Source: an uncultured Gammaproteobacteria bacterium
Lineage (GTDB): Bacteria > Patescibacteriota > Microgenomatia > Levybacterales > UBA12049
Direction of reading: 5' to 3'
DNA length: 58,885 bases
NCBI GenBank assembly: GCA_964576705.1
Contig: CAZNVI010000002.1
Location: 1-58,885, forward strand
The notes below the pieces were generated by a model, which saw only the letters and a list, made by a program, of their open reading frames with translations, did not search any database and was not told the origin of the DNA. Below are positions 19,429 to 28,456 of this stretch, piece after piece. How positions within the stretch are numbered: the stretch's first letter is position 1; each line of letters begins with the position of its first letter. A program made the position numbers and the translations under genes.

Positions 19429-20702
19429 AAAAACTTCTATTTCCACTTCTTATTTTAATTTTTATAGCGTTTTTACTTCATCATTATTTTCGAGTATTCG
19501 ATTTGCCTGAAATCATTACACCTTCAAAATCACTTTCGTACGAGCCTGCAATTTATGAGAGTGGTAATTTAGTTGCTGATGAAGTCGGGTATGTAGCAAA
19601 TGTATTTTCCTGGGGTTATAACAGACATATTTGTTATGATAATGAATTTAAAAATTGGTGGATATTTTATTATGGTGACTTAAGTAATGATCCGGATAAG
19701 CCTAATAGGAATATTCAGTATAGATATAGTAAAAATGATGGAAATACGTGGAGTGGGTCGCGACAGTTTAAGAGTAACGTAGTTGTATCTGCTGATTTTA
19801 CTATATATTGTGAAGCAGAAAATATAAGCATCGCTTATGGCGATATACATCAAAAAAATGTTTATTGGCAAAAGGGCAAGATGCAAGTCGATGATGTAGA
19901 ATGGTATTCCAAAAGTGTTCCGATTAAATCGGATGTTGGATATGCCAGTGTCGCTCCATCTATTGTCTATTATAATAATTTACCGGTCTTAGCTGTAAGA
20001 GATCAAAGTGAGGAAAGTAAAAAAAGCGGTGAAAAGAGAACATTTGTTGCAATTGCTAAAGATGAACATGGAAATTCGTGGGAAAAGAATGTAAAGATTC
20101 ATAGCAGTATAATACGAACTCCGTTTGATAAATACGCATCGCCATCATTAGAAATAGTTAATGGAGAATTATTTGCAATTATCAATACTGGATATGATAT
20201 GCGTATTGTAAATTATCTATTAAATAATGAATGGGGAGAGGATAGATTGATAAGTGGCTTTAAGTATAGCGGAGCCAATTTAGATTGGACCACCGTAACA
20301 GACTCATCAGGCACGTTACATATTTTTTACCCTGAAAAAGACACATCGTTTGCCAGACATGCGACGTTTGATGGATCAATCTGGAATTTTGAAACTATTA
20401 CTGACTATCCAATCAGTTCTAATCGCCATTTATCAGGGGCAATTGATGATAATGACACACTGTATTTTATAGGAAATGAACTCGCTCTTTACTATAAAAC
20501 TAATAATATTTGGCATGTAGACAAAAGACTTGTTTCCAAGCTTGGATTGGGAATGAGGTTTATTACTGCTTCGCAGAAGTTAGTCGATAACAAATTAGGT
20601 ATAGCTTGGATTGAAGGTGATGAGTTTACACCAGTTATCCGCTTCTTATGCTTACAGAAAATTGAAAAGAGAAATACTATTTCTTTTAAGAAATGTCAAT
20701 AA
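19425..20702 (+). CDS. Membrane-anchored extracytoplasmic protein with Asp-box (BNR/sialidase-like propeller?)
   Basis: Start moved to ATG 19425 (ATGA overlap). N-terminal TM KLLFPLLILIFIAFLL. YSKNDGNTWSGS is a near-canonical Asp-box (SxDxGxTW), and AKDEHGNSWEK is a degenerate one. Beta-rich composition. Confidence 0.45.
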   Translation: MKKLLFPLLILIFIAFLLHHYFRVFDLPEIITPSKSLSYEPAIYESGNLVADEVGYVANVFSWGYNRHICYDNEFKNWWIFYYGDLSNDPDKPNRNIQYRYSKNDGNTWSGSRQFKSNVVVSADFTIYCEAENISIAYGDIHQKNVYWQKGKMQVDDVEWYSKSVPIKSDVGYASVAPSIVYYNNLPVLAVRDQSEESKKSGEKRTFVAIAKDEHGNSWEKNVKIHSSIIRTPFDKYASPSLEIVNGELFAIINTGYDMRIVNYLLNNEWGEDRLISGFKYSGANLDWTTVTDSSGTLHIFYPEKDTSFARHATFDGSIWNFETITDYPISSNRHLSGAIDDNDTLYFIGNELALYYKTNNIWHVDKRLVSKLGLGMRFITASQKLVDNKLGIAWIEGDEFTPVIRFLCLQKIEKRNTISFKKCQ

Positions 20703-21745
20703 ACATGGGATCAGAAAATTATCCTCAGGTATCAATAATAATAGTCAATTGGAACGGTTACGAAAACATCAAAGAATGTCTAATCTCAATCTTGAAGTGT
20801 TCATATCCGAATTTTGAAATTATAATCGTCGATAATGGATCAGTCGATCGATCAGTCTCCTATATAAAAAATATGGCAGTAAAATATGGAAATATTCGAT
20901 TGATTGAAAATAAAAAAAATGTCGGGTATGCAGAAGGCAATAACTTAGGGTTTAAACGTGCAAAGGGTAAAATGATTCTCTTTCTTAATAATGATACCCT
21001 CGTAGATAAAGATTTTTTGAATATATTAGTTAATAAGCTTATCTCTGATAAGTCAATAGGAGCAGTGCAGCCAAAAATATTAAATTATCCCAAATCAAAT
21101 ATTATCGATTCAGTAGGATCCTATTTTCTTAATACAGGTTTTTTATATCATTTTGGACATAATAAGACAGATCATAAACGGTACCAGGCGATGTCAGAGA
21201 TTTTTTCGATGAAAGGAGCTTGTATGCTTTTTAATAAATCTGTTATCGATAAGATTGGTTTATTTGAAAAAAATTATTTCGCATACTTTGAAGAGACTGA
21301 CCTTTGTCATAGAGCTATTCTTGCAGGATACACAATTTACTATGTGCCATCTGCGGTAATTTATCATAAAGGCGGAGGAACCGCATCTAAGTTGCCAAGT
21401 GAATTCATTCAATTCCATTCTTATAAAAATAGAATATATACTTACCTAAAGAATTTTGAATTATTAACGATAATTAAAATTTTACCCATACATATAACAT
21501 ATTGTTTATTAATAAGCTCAGTATACTTTTTTACTTTTAAATTTTCTTTATCGTATGCAATTTTGAAAGCAATCGGTTGGAATATTATAAATTTAAAAAT
21601 GATTAAAAAAAAGAGAAAGGAAATTCAAAGATTGAGAAAAAGTAACGATAATATTTATTTATCCAGATTAACAAGAAAAGTTGGTTTTAATTATTATTAC
21701 CATCTGTTTGCGACAAGCCTTGCTGGCTATAGAGACAAATCCTGA
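20693..21745 (+). CDS. Family-2 glycosyltransferase (WbbL/rhamnosyltransferase-like subgroup)
   Basis: VSIIIVNWNG...IIVDNGSVDRS...NVGYAEGNNLGF...LFLNNDT...FAYFEETDLCHRA. ATG 20705 is an alternative start. Confidence 0.8.
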   Translation: MSINMGSENYPQVSIIIVNWNGYENIKECLISILKCSYPNFEIIIVDNGSVDRSVSYIKNMAVKYGNIRLIENKKNVGYAEGNNLGFKRAKGKMILFLNNDTLVDKDFLNILVNKLISDKSIGAVQPKILNYPKSNIIDSVGSYFLNTGFLYHFGHNKTDHKRYQAMSEIFSMKGACMLFNKSVIDKIGLFEKNYFAYFEETDLCHRAILAGYTIYYVPSAVIYHKGGGTASKLPSEFIQFHSYKNRIYTYLKNFELLTIIKILPIHITYCLLISSVYFFTFKFSLSYAILKAIGWNIINLKMIKKKRKEIQRLRKSNDNIYLSRLTRKVGFNYYYHLFATSLAGYRDKS

Positions 21746-21756
21746 CTATCAAATAT

Positions 21757-24051
21757 ATGAAAAAAATTCAAAAAATTAATATTGATAATAAGCTTCATGT
21801 GTTTTTGTTATTGGCAACCTTTGTAGTTATTTTTTATTCGCGAAGTATTTTCGCTTTTTTTCAAGCTGATGAGTGGTTTTATTTCACGCAATTCCTTCCG
21901 TTAACGGGAAAATGGTACGGGGTGTTTAGTTCCATATATAAGAGTGTATTTGAATCTCACGCTGTTTCAGGCGGAGGTCATATGGCCCCAATTATGAACA
22001 TAAGCTGGTATTTTAATAATTTATTGTTTGGATTAAATTTCATCCCGTATATACTCTTAAGTCTTTTTTTTCATGTTTTGAATGCTTTTTTTATATATTT
22101 AATCTTGAAACGATTAAATAACCTGCCGAGAGTCGGTTTTATCGCTGCGGTATTTTTTGGTCTTTCCTATGTACATCAACAAGCGGTCACTTGGGTGATT
22201 GCTTTCTCAACTACACTTTCTGTAACCCTCATCTTGAGTGCAATTCTTTGTTTATTACAAATTACACGTGAAAATGAAAAAGATAATATTAGAAATATCA
22301 GAATCGCTTTTATATTGTTTCTTAGCTCTATCCTAACAAAAGAAATTTCAGTCGTACTTTTTATAATATTTCCTTTTATTTGGTTTACTATTTTGAAAAA
22401 GTCATTAAAGAAGAGATTCATAAAATATTATGCAATTCTTAGTGCGTTTTACATTTTTTTTCGGGCAGGTATTCCTTATTTATTTTTTTGGGCAGATAAA
22501 CAAATCGCATTAAACGCAAAAAGTGAAAACTTTTTTGATATCCCTTTGTTAATCTTCAGGGCGATAACCTATCCTTTGAGATTAATAGTTGAAGTATTCG
22601 TCCCCGCTGAGTTAATCTTGTGGTTTGTTGAAGCCCTTACTTCTTATGCATATCCCCATTATGCTCTTGAAAAATCCGTCCGGGGTACCAATTACCTTAC
22701 TTTTATTCAAAGTGCCGGAAGCGATATGTTTATTTTTTTCTTCTCAGGAATTATTCTAATTATGTTTTTTTTGTATATATTTAAGTTACGAAAAAAACAG
22801 AAGAATAAGTTTTATACAGCAAATATTGCGATTTTAATAATTACATTCTCTGCTTTGCCGTTAATAATGATCGCAACTTATGCTCCTTGGTGGGGATATG
22901 TTACTTTCATCGACTCACGTCATTTGTATATAGCATCTGTGGGTGCTTCTTTTCTTTTTGCATTAATAATTGAAGACATAGGTTTATATTTTAATAAATT
23001 TTTTTTAAAGCACAGGTTTTTAAAAATGAACCCATTTAGGATCAGTATGGTGATTGTGATCTTGTGGGCATTCACTCAATTTGTTTTATTACAAGGAGAA
23101 CTTATTAAGCAAGTTAAAACCGGCAGTGAGCGAAAGAAAATATTATCGGAAGTTTTAAACCAAACGCTTCCCCGTGATAAAACTGTATTTTTAATAAAAA
23201 GCAATACAGGATATTACGGATTTGGACCTATTCCTCCGTTTCAAACAAATCTAGGACAGATATTATCAATATATTATTATAAAAATAGAGGACTTCCGGA
23301 GTATTTTATCCGAAATAACTTTCTCGTAAAAGGAGGTATAGCAGGTGAAGGATATGTAGAATTTAACGGTAAGGGGTTTGGGTACTATATAAACGAAGAC
23401 ACGCTCTTTTCAGATATTAAAGAAGGTAAGTTGGAGCCTGGAAATATCTCAGCATATAATTGGAACGGAGAAGATGGCACCATTTCTAACATTACGGATG
23501 AAGTGCGAAAGGAAGCTAGAAGATACTTAGGTTACTTAAATACTTTTAGTGGATGGAAAGAATTTTATGATCCCGAAGGATATTTTCATTTTAAGTTCCC
23601 TCAAGATTTTGCATTAGAAGATATTACCAATTCAGATAAATCTACTGACTCAAGTGTTATAAGGAGTGTTATAATCTCTGACGTATCGGGCTCTGGATCT
23701 ATTCATAAGATAAATATAAAATTAAAGAGTAAACAGGAATTGATACCTTTTTCTGAGCATGTATCTTTGCAGTCGAATAGTGAGGGAAAGATAATCGCTA
23801 AAGATTTCACATTCAGAAATATCAACATGGCCAATAGAAACGCGATTACAACTATTTATTCTACCAATACTTATTATCCTAACTATTATATTCCATATGA
23901 TAAAAATAATATGTATTTTGATATAAAAGTAAGCGGGGAGAGATTTCGAAGGCAATTTATCTATGCACCGGTCGGGCAAATAGAAAAATATAATAGCGAG
24001 GTTGAAAAAATTTTATCTACTTTAGACTATGAAAAACCAGAAAGTAAATAA
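21757..24051 (+). CDS. Large GT-C-like membrane protein (PMT/TMTC-like N-terminal half) with ~300-aa extracytoplasmic C-terminal domain
   Basis: First-loop FFQADEWFYFTQF followed by FHVLNAFFIYLILKRL. About 12 TM helices to residue ~450, then a soluble domain of unknown family. Confidence 0.5.
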   Translation: MKKIQKINIDNKLHVFLLLATFVVIFYSRSIFAFFQADEWFYFTQFLPLTGKWYGVFSSIYKSVFESHAVSGGGHMAPIMNISWYFNNLLFGLNFIPYILLSLFFHVLNAFFIYLILKRLNNLPRVGFIAAVFFGLSYVHQQAVTWVIAFSTTLSVTLILSAILCLLQITRENEKDNIRNIRIAFILFLSSILTKEISVVLFIIFPFIWFTILKKSLKKRFIKYYAILSAFYIFFRAGIPYLFFWADKQIALNAKSENFFDIPLLIFRAITYPLRLIVEVFVPAELILWFVEALTSYAYPHYALEKSVRGTNYLTFIQSAGSDMFIFFFSGIILIMFFLYIFKLRKKQKNKFYTANIAILIITFSALPLIMIATYAPWWGYVTFIDSRHLYIASVGASFLFALIIEDIGLYFNKFFLKHRFLKMNPFRISMVIVILWAFTQFVLLQGELIKQVKTGSERKKILSEVLNQTLPRDKTVFLIKSNTGYYGFGPIPPFQTNLGQILSIYYYKNRGLPEYFIRNNFLVKGGIAGEGYVEFNGKGFGYYINEDTLFSDIKEGKLEPGNISAYNWNGEDGTISNITDEVRKEARRYLGYLNTFSGWKEFYDPEGYFHFKFPQDFALEDITNSDKSTDSSVIRSVIISDVSGSGSIHKINIKLKSKQELIPFSEHVSLQSNSEGKIIAKDFTFRNINMANRNAITTIYSTNTYYPNYYIPYDKNNMYFDIKVSGERFRRQFIYAPVGQIEKYNSEVEKILSTLDYEKPESK
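23653..23676 (+). repeat. 12-nt in-frame tandem duplication (AGTGTTATAAGG / AGTGTTATAATC)
   Basis: Read directly from the sequence. It encodes SVIR-SVII in the C-terminal domain of the 764-aa protein. Confidence 0.8.
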
Positions 24052-24718
24052 AAAATTTGAAGTTAAATACTTTGAAGGATATTTTAAAGGAGCTGTAGGT
24101 GAATTTTCTAAAAAGGATCTCGAGTTATCCCGAAATTGGTTTTCGGCTTGGCTTAGTGTAATAAGTACATTGCTTAATATTTCGGATGGTCGGGGAGTGA
24201 AAGTACTTGAGATCGGATGCTCCATAGGCGGTATGTCAAGTCTGTTGGCAGATCGCGGATTTGAAGTATGGGCTTCAGATGTCTCAGAATTGGCAGTTAA
24301 GAAGGCGTCCTCTCTGGATTCCCGTGTAAAGTTTTCAGTTATTGATGTTCAGAAAGAAATACCACTACGCCAAAAGTTCGATTTCGTAATCGCAACAGAA
24401 GTAGTTGAGCATCTTGAGTTCCCTAAAGAAGCTTTAAAAAATATATATTCCGTTTTAAAGTCGGGCGGTAAAGTAATCATTTCTTCACCATATCCATATA
24501 TGTGGAATATGAAAGATCCTACTCATATTAATGTAAAGTTTCCTCATGAATGGATGAATTTGCTTCGGCAAGTCGGTTTTCAAAAAATAACTTATAAGCG
24601 TTTTTCGTTATTGCCTTTTTTTTACAGATTTGGAAGAAGATTTCACATTATTTTTCCATTTACTATCCCATTGCCGAATATCAATAGCCCGATTATTTTT
24701 TTAGGGGAAAAACCATGA
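24029..24718 (+). CDS. Class I SAM-dependent methyltransferase
   Basis: Motif I VLEIGCSIGGMSSLLADRGFEVWASDVS, post-I/II FDFVIATEVVEHL, SGGKVIISSP. Confidence 0.75.
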   Translation: MKNQKVNKKFEVKYFEGYFKGAVGEFSKKDLELSRNWFSAWLSVISTLLNISDGRGVKVLEIGCSIGGMSSLLADRGFEVWASDVSELAVKKASSLDSRVKFSVIDVQKEIPLRQKFDFVIATEVVEHLEFPKEALKNIYSVLKSGGKVIISSPYPYMWNMKDPTHINVKFPHEWMNLLRQVGFQKITYKRFSLLPFFYRFGRRFHIIFPFTIPLPNINSPIIFLGEKP

Positions 24719-27700
24719 AGCGAATATCACAAAAACGAATAATCGAACTTTTGACAATAATAATTTTAGGATTAGTTCCTTTATTATGGTTTAAAGGAAA
24801 TAATGTAGTTTTAGGTCATGATGCTGGTTTACCTATTTCTCCCATAGAGCATTTTATTGACAGATTTTATCTCTGGACCAATCGGTATGGAATAGGACAT
24901 GATCAGACGTATGCTCTTCCCGGATTGTTCATACATGGCATAGAAGCAATGATTAGTTATTTTGGTTTGTCATTACAGTGGAATCAAAAAATTACTTTCG
25001 TTTTTTGGTTTATGCTGCCTGGGCTAACCATGTATTATTTAACTTCAAGGCTTGAGAGTAAAACCGGCTTGAAATTTCTTGCTTTGCCATCGTCCATGCT
25101 TTATATGATGAACCATTATTTAATGCAGGGATGGTTTATCGCTGAACGCACTAAATTTTCTTTATATGCAGCTTTGCCATTACTTTTAGCGTTTTTGATA
25201 GATTGGCAGGAAAAAAAACTCACCACACTAAAAACAGGTATATTGATTTCTCTTACTCTATTTTTTTTAAACGGGATGGCAAGTCTCCCTTTATTCGGAG
25301 CAATTATTATTGCTTTAGTTGTTTTCCTCGGCTTTTATTTTTATTGGGATAAATCACGAAAAGAATTTTTAAGGTTAGTCAAATTAATCCTAGTCACTAT
25401 TATTACGAGTTTGGCTTTGCAGTCTTACTGGTTATTGGCATATATACATTATGTTAGAAACTCGTACAGTGAAGTGGTAGGACAGGCAGGAGGAGTTTCT
25501 GGTGTTTTAGGTTGGATAGCTTATATAAGCAAAGACACTTCATTAATAAATTTGATGCGGTTGCAGGGTATTCCTGAATGGTATCAAAATCCTGATCATG
25601 CATATGCAAATGTGTTTTTACATAATCCGGTGTTTATTCTAATAAGTTTTTTACTGCCATTTGTAGCATTTTGTTCGTTGTTTTATATTAAAGATCAAAA
25701 GAAACGTAAATACATACTATTTTTCAATTTTCTGGCATTATTTTCAATGATATTTACTGCAGGCTCCCATCCTCCTTTTGGTGGCATTTATAACTTACTT
25801 GTTCAACTAATCCCGGGATTTATAGCCTTCCGGACACCTTTCTATAAATTTGCACCTGCTTTATGGCTTTCGATGTCGATCTTGATCGGATTTACGATTA
25901 GCAGTTTCATTCAAGAGCGTTTTGTGAAACCTAATTATAAGTTTTTTTTAATTTTTTCAATTTTGTTATCTATTGGTTTACTGTTTTACAACTTTCCTTT
26001 TCTCGATGGCCGGTTTTTTGATTATATTAAAAACCAAAGAAGTATGAGAGTTAACATTCCTTCATATGTTTTGGATTTCGGCAGATGGAGTAGTAGTGTA
26101 GCGAAGGACGGAAAAATACTTCCTTTACCTCCTGCAGCAGAAAGTGTTGAATCGTTTTCGTGGGGTTATTGGAGTTTAACGCCTGTAACTAGTTTATTGA
26201 CGAACGCATCTATTATTAATCCTAACGGTATGACAGTTCATCAAAAAGAAATACTAACTGAAATGTTTTCGAAGATGAAAAAAAAAGATAGTGATTGGTT
26301 AAAGGTAGCGAAAGTGTTAGGAATTCGTTATTTCTTAGTGCGCAAAGATTTTATTTGGAATTCACCTTCGTCTATGACTGACAATCCAAAAATATATGAA
26401 GAAGTTTTGAATAATACTTCGGGAATCGTATTTTTTAGGAAATTTGGTGAATGGTCAATTTATACAATAGAAGATTTAAGTGATGAGATTGTGGTGTATA
26501 AAGAAGGATCACTTTCTTATATAGAAGGAGCTGCTAAAGATTTGCCTGTAGTGATATCGATTCCGGGAGTAAATACAGAATCGGTTTACTATGTGTCCGG
26601 AACTTATGGAGAAAAACAAGATGTGTTACTTAATAATTCAAAGAATATTTTCGTAATTCCTCAGTGCGTGATGTGTTTTTTGCAACCCCAGATCTTAAAC
26701 GAAGGGGCATTTGTTCCGAGTATCACAGCTGATTCAATTCTTTTTCCTATTATTAAAACCCGTGAATCCCAAAAAGAGAAAGCCGCTCTAGTTTCTCCCG
26801 AGCAATCCGTAGAATATTACCTAGAATTATCATTACGAAGACAAAAAGGGTTAGAAAGGGCAGCAGACGAAAAGAAATTAACAGAAGCTCTCGATATAAA
26901 TGCCGATTCATATTTAGAAGCACTTCAAAAATTGAGACACAGTCTCGTAAGGTTAATTAATATAAGAAAACTAGAAAACAATGAACTATTAATGAAAGGA
27001 TATACATATTTATATATCCAATCAAATAATGTTATTGCTAAGTCATCACTACTGGCTAATGCAGTCGATAAGCAATTGTTAAATCAGGTCTTTAGTGAAC
27101 TAGATAAAACATTAACTTTAATTAAAAATAGCGCCTGGTATACAGAAAATTTAAGGTCGAAGAAATATATATTTACAGTACCGAAGGATGGAGATTATAC
27201 AGCATATTTGAATAATGATACATTGTCTGAAAATGAAATAATTATAAACAGACCTATAAATTTATCGATTGATGACAAGGCTTACTCAGTAACTGCAAGT
27301 GAAGAGAATAGTTGGTTCAGTTTGGTAGATATATTTTTAACGAAGGGCAGACATACTCTATTGCTTGAAGATGTTCCTCTTAAAAATTTATACCCAAACC
27401 CCTCTCAAATTATATCAGTGATAGATGAAGATAGAGAAAGTTTTGCCTGTTTTAAATCTGTGCTTATTCCGACTGAATCAGGTGGAACTTATGACATTAA
27501 TATTCAATACAGACAACTTCGAGGTAGCGGTGTTTTTTATTTCCATCCTTTGGGACGTGATGAAATACTTCCTGCATTATCAAAGCCCGGAATCGATTTA
27601 AAAAATAGCAGTAACTGGGAGCAGTTAAGAATGGATTTCCAGTCCAGTAATAATAACGGATTTTATTTTTATATATGTACACGCCCTCATCTTCGTGAGA

Positions 27701-28110
27701 ATCGACGTGAGTCAGTACTTGAAGTAAGAAGTGTCACGATTCAAAAAATCACAGAGCCGAAAATTGTTTTTTGGCATAAACCATTGGAAGATGGGGAAGG
27801 TGTATCTAGAATCAATGCAGATCTTCAAAATCAAACCAGTTACAAGTTTTCTACCACTGAAGATTTATTAAATCGAACTGCTGTATTAAATCAAGCGTTT
27901 AATTATAATTGGGAGCTTGATAGGCTTTCGCACGTGAGATTTACGGCAAATGGGTATGCCAATGGCTGGTTTATAACAAGCAGCGGGAATTCAGGTATCA
28001 TTAAATATGCTCCGCAAAAATATGTTAAATGGGGTTTCATTATAAGTATTTGTTCGTTCTTAGTGGTTAATTTAGTAATGATAATTAAACGAAATGAAAA
28101 AAAACACTAA
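24715..28110 (+). CDS. Very large GT-C-like membrane protein (AftD/DUF3367-like) with big ecto-domain and C-terminal anchor
   Basis: 1131 aa. N-terminus LWFKGNNVVLGHDAGLPISPIEHFIDRFYLWTNRYGIGHDQTYALPGLF resembles arabinofuranosyltransferase-AftD-family N-termini as recalled. About 13 TM helices, a ~650-aa soluble region, then YAPQKYVKWGFIISICSFLVVNLVMII. Confidence 0.5.
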   Translation: MKRISQKRIIELLTIIILGLVPLLWFKGNNVVLGHDAGLPISPIEHFIDRFYLWTNRYGIGHDQTYALPGLFIHGIEAMISYFGLSLQWNQKITFVFWFMLPGLTMYYLTSRLESKTGLKFLALPSSMLYMMNHYLMQGWFIAERTKFSLYAALPLLLAFLIDWQEKKLTTLKTGILISLTLFFLNGMASLPLFGAIIIALVVFLGFYFYWDKSRKEFLRLVKLILVTIITSLALQSYWLLAYIHYVRNSYSEVVGQAGGVSGVLGWIAYISKDTSLINLMRLQGIPEWYQNPDHAYANVFLHNPVFILISFLLPFVAFCSLFYIKDQKKRKYILFFNFLALFSMIFTAGSHPPFGGIYNLLVQLIPGFIAFRTPFYKFAPALWLSMSILIGFTISSFIQERFVKPNYKFFLIFSILLSIGLLFYNFPFLDGRFFDYIKNQRSMRVNIPSYVLDFGRWSSSVAKDGKILPLPPAAESVESFSWGYWSLTPVTSLLTNASIINPNGMTVHQKEILTEMFSKMKKKDSDWLKVAKVLGIRYFLVRKDFIWNSPSSMTDNPKIYEEVLNNTSGIVFFRKFGEWSIYTIEDLSDEIVVYKEGSLSYIEGAAKDLPVVISIPGVNTESVYYVSGTYGEKQDVLLNNSKNIFVIPQCVMCFLQPQILNEGAFVPSITADSILFPIIKTRESQKEKAALVSPEQSVEYYLELSLRRQKGLERAADEKKLTEALDINADSYLEALQKLRHSLVRLINIRKLENNELLMKGYTYLYIQSNNVIAKSSLLANAVDKQLLNQVFSELDKTLTLIKNSAWYTENLRSKKYIFTVPKDGDYTAYLNNDTLSENEIIINRPINLSIDDKAYSVTASEENSWFSLVDIFLTKGRHTLLLEDVPLKNLYPNPSQIISVIDEDRESFACFKSVLIPTESGGTYDINIQYRQLRGSGVFYFHPLGRDEILPALSKPGIDLKNSSNWEQLRMDFQSSNNNGFYFYICTRPHLRENRRESVLEVRSVTIQKITEPKIVFWHKPLEDGEGVSRINADLQNQTSYKFSTTEDLLNRTAVLNQAFNYNWELDRLSHVRFTANGYANGWFITSSGNSGIIKYAPQKYVKWGFIISICSFLVVNLVMIIKRNEKKH

Positions 28111-28456
28111 TTCAATAAAATCCAATATAGAGAAATATTATATGTGGTATGAGAAAAATCTTGCCAAACTTATGTTGATAATTATAATACATTTTATATC
28201 ATATTTTATTTCTAATCTTCCTTATATAAATATATTTACAGGTCGATACTTTCCATTCATAATGGATTGGATTTTTATACTAATCTTATTTTCTCCTCAG
28301 AAAAATATAGTCTTGCGATTCGGGCTTTTTTTAATTTTATTGGCCAGTATTTTTGGACTTTTGCGGCTTTATCCGGTGACAGAGATAATAGGTGAATTAA
28401 GTTTTGCAGCAATTGGGACTTATATCGTATTGATCCTAATAGATAACCATGTATGA
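28094..28456 (+). CDS. Small integral membrane protein (3-4 TM), unknown function
   Basis: 120 aa and hydrophobic. Overlaps both neighbours, which suggests translational coupling. Confidence 0.5.
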   Translation: MKKNTNSIKSNIEKYYMWYEKNLAKLMLIIIIHFISYFISNLPYINIFTGRYFPFIMDWIFILILFSPQKNIVLRFGLFLILLASIFGLLRLYPVTEIIGELSFAAIGTYIVLILIDNHV

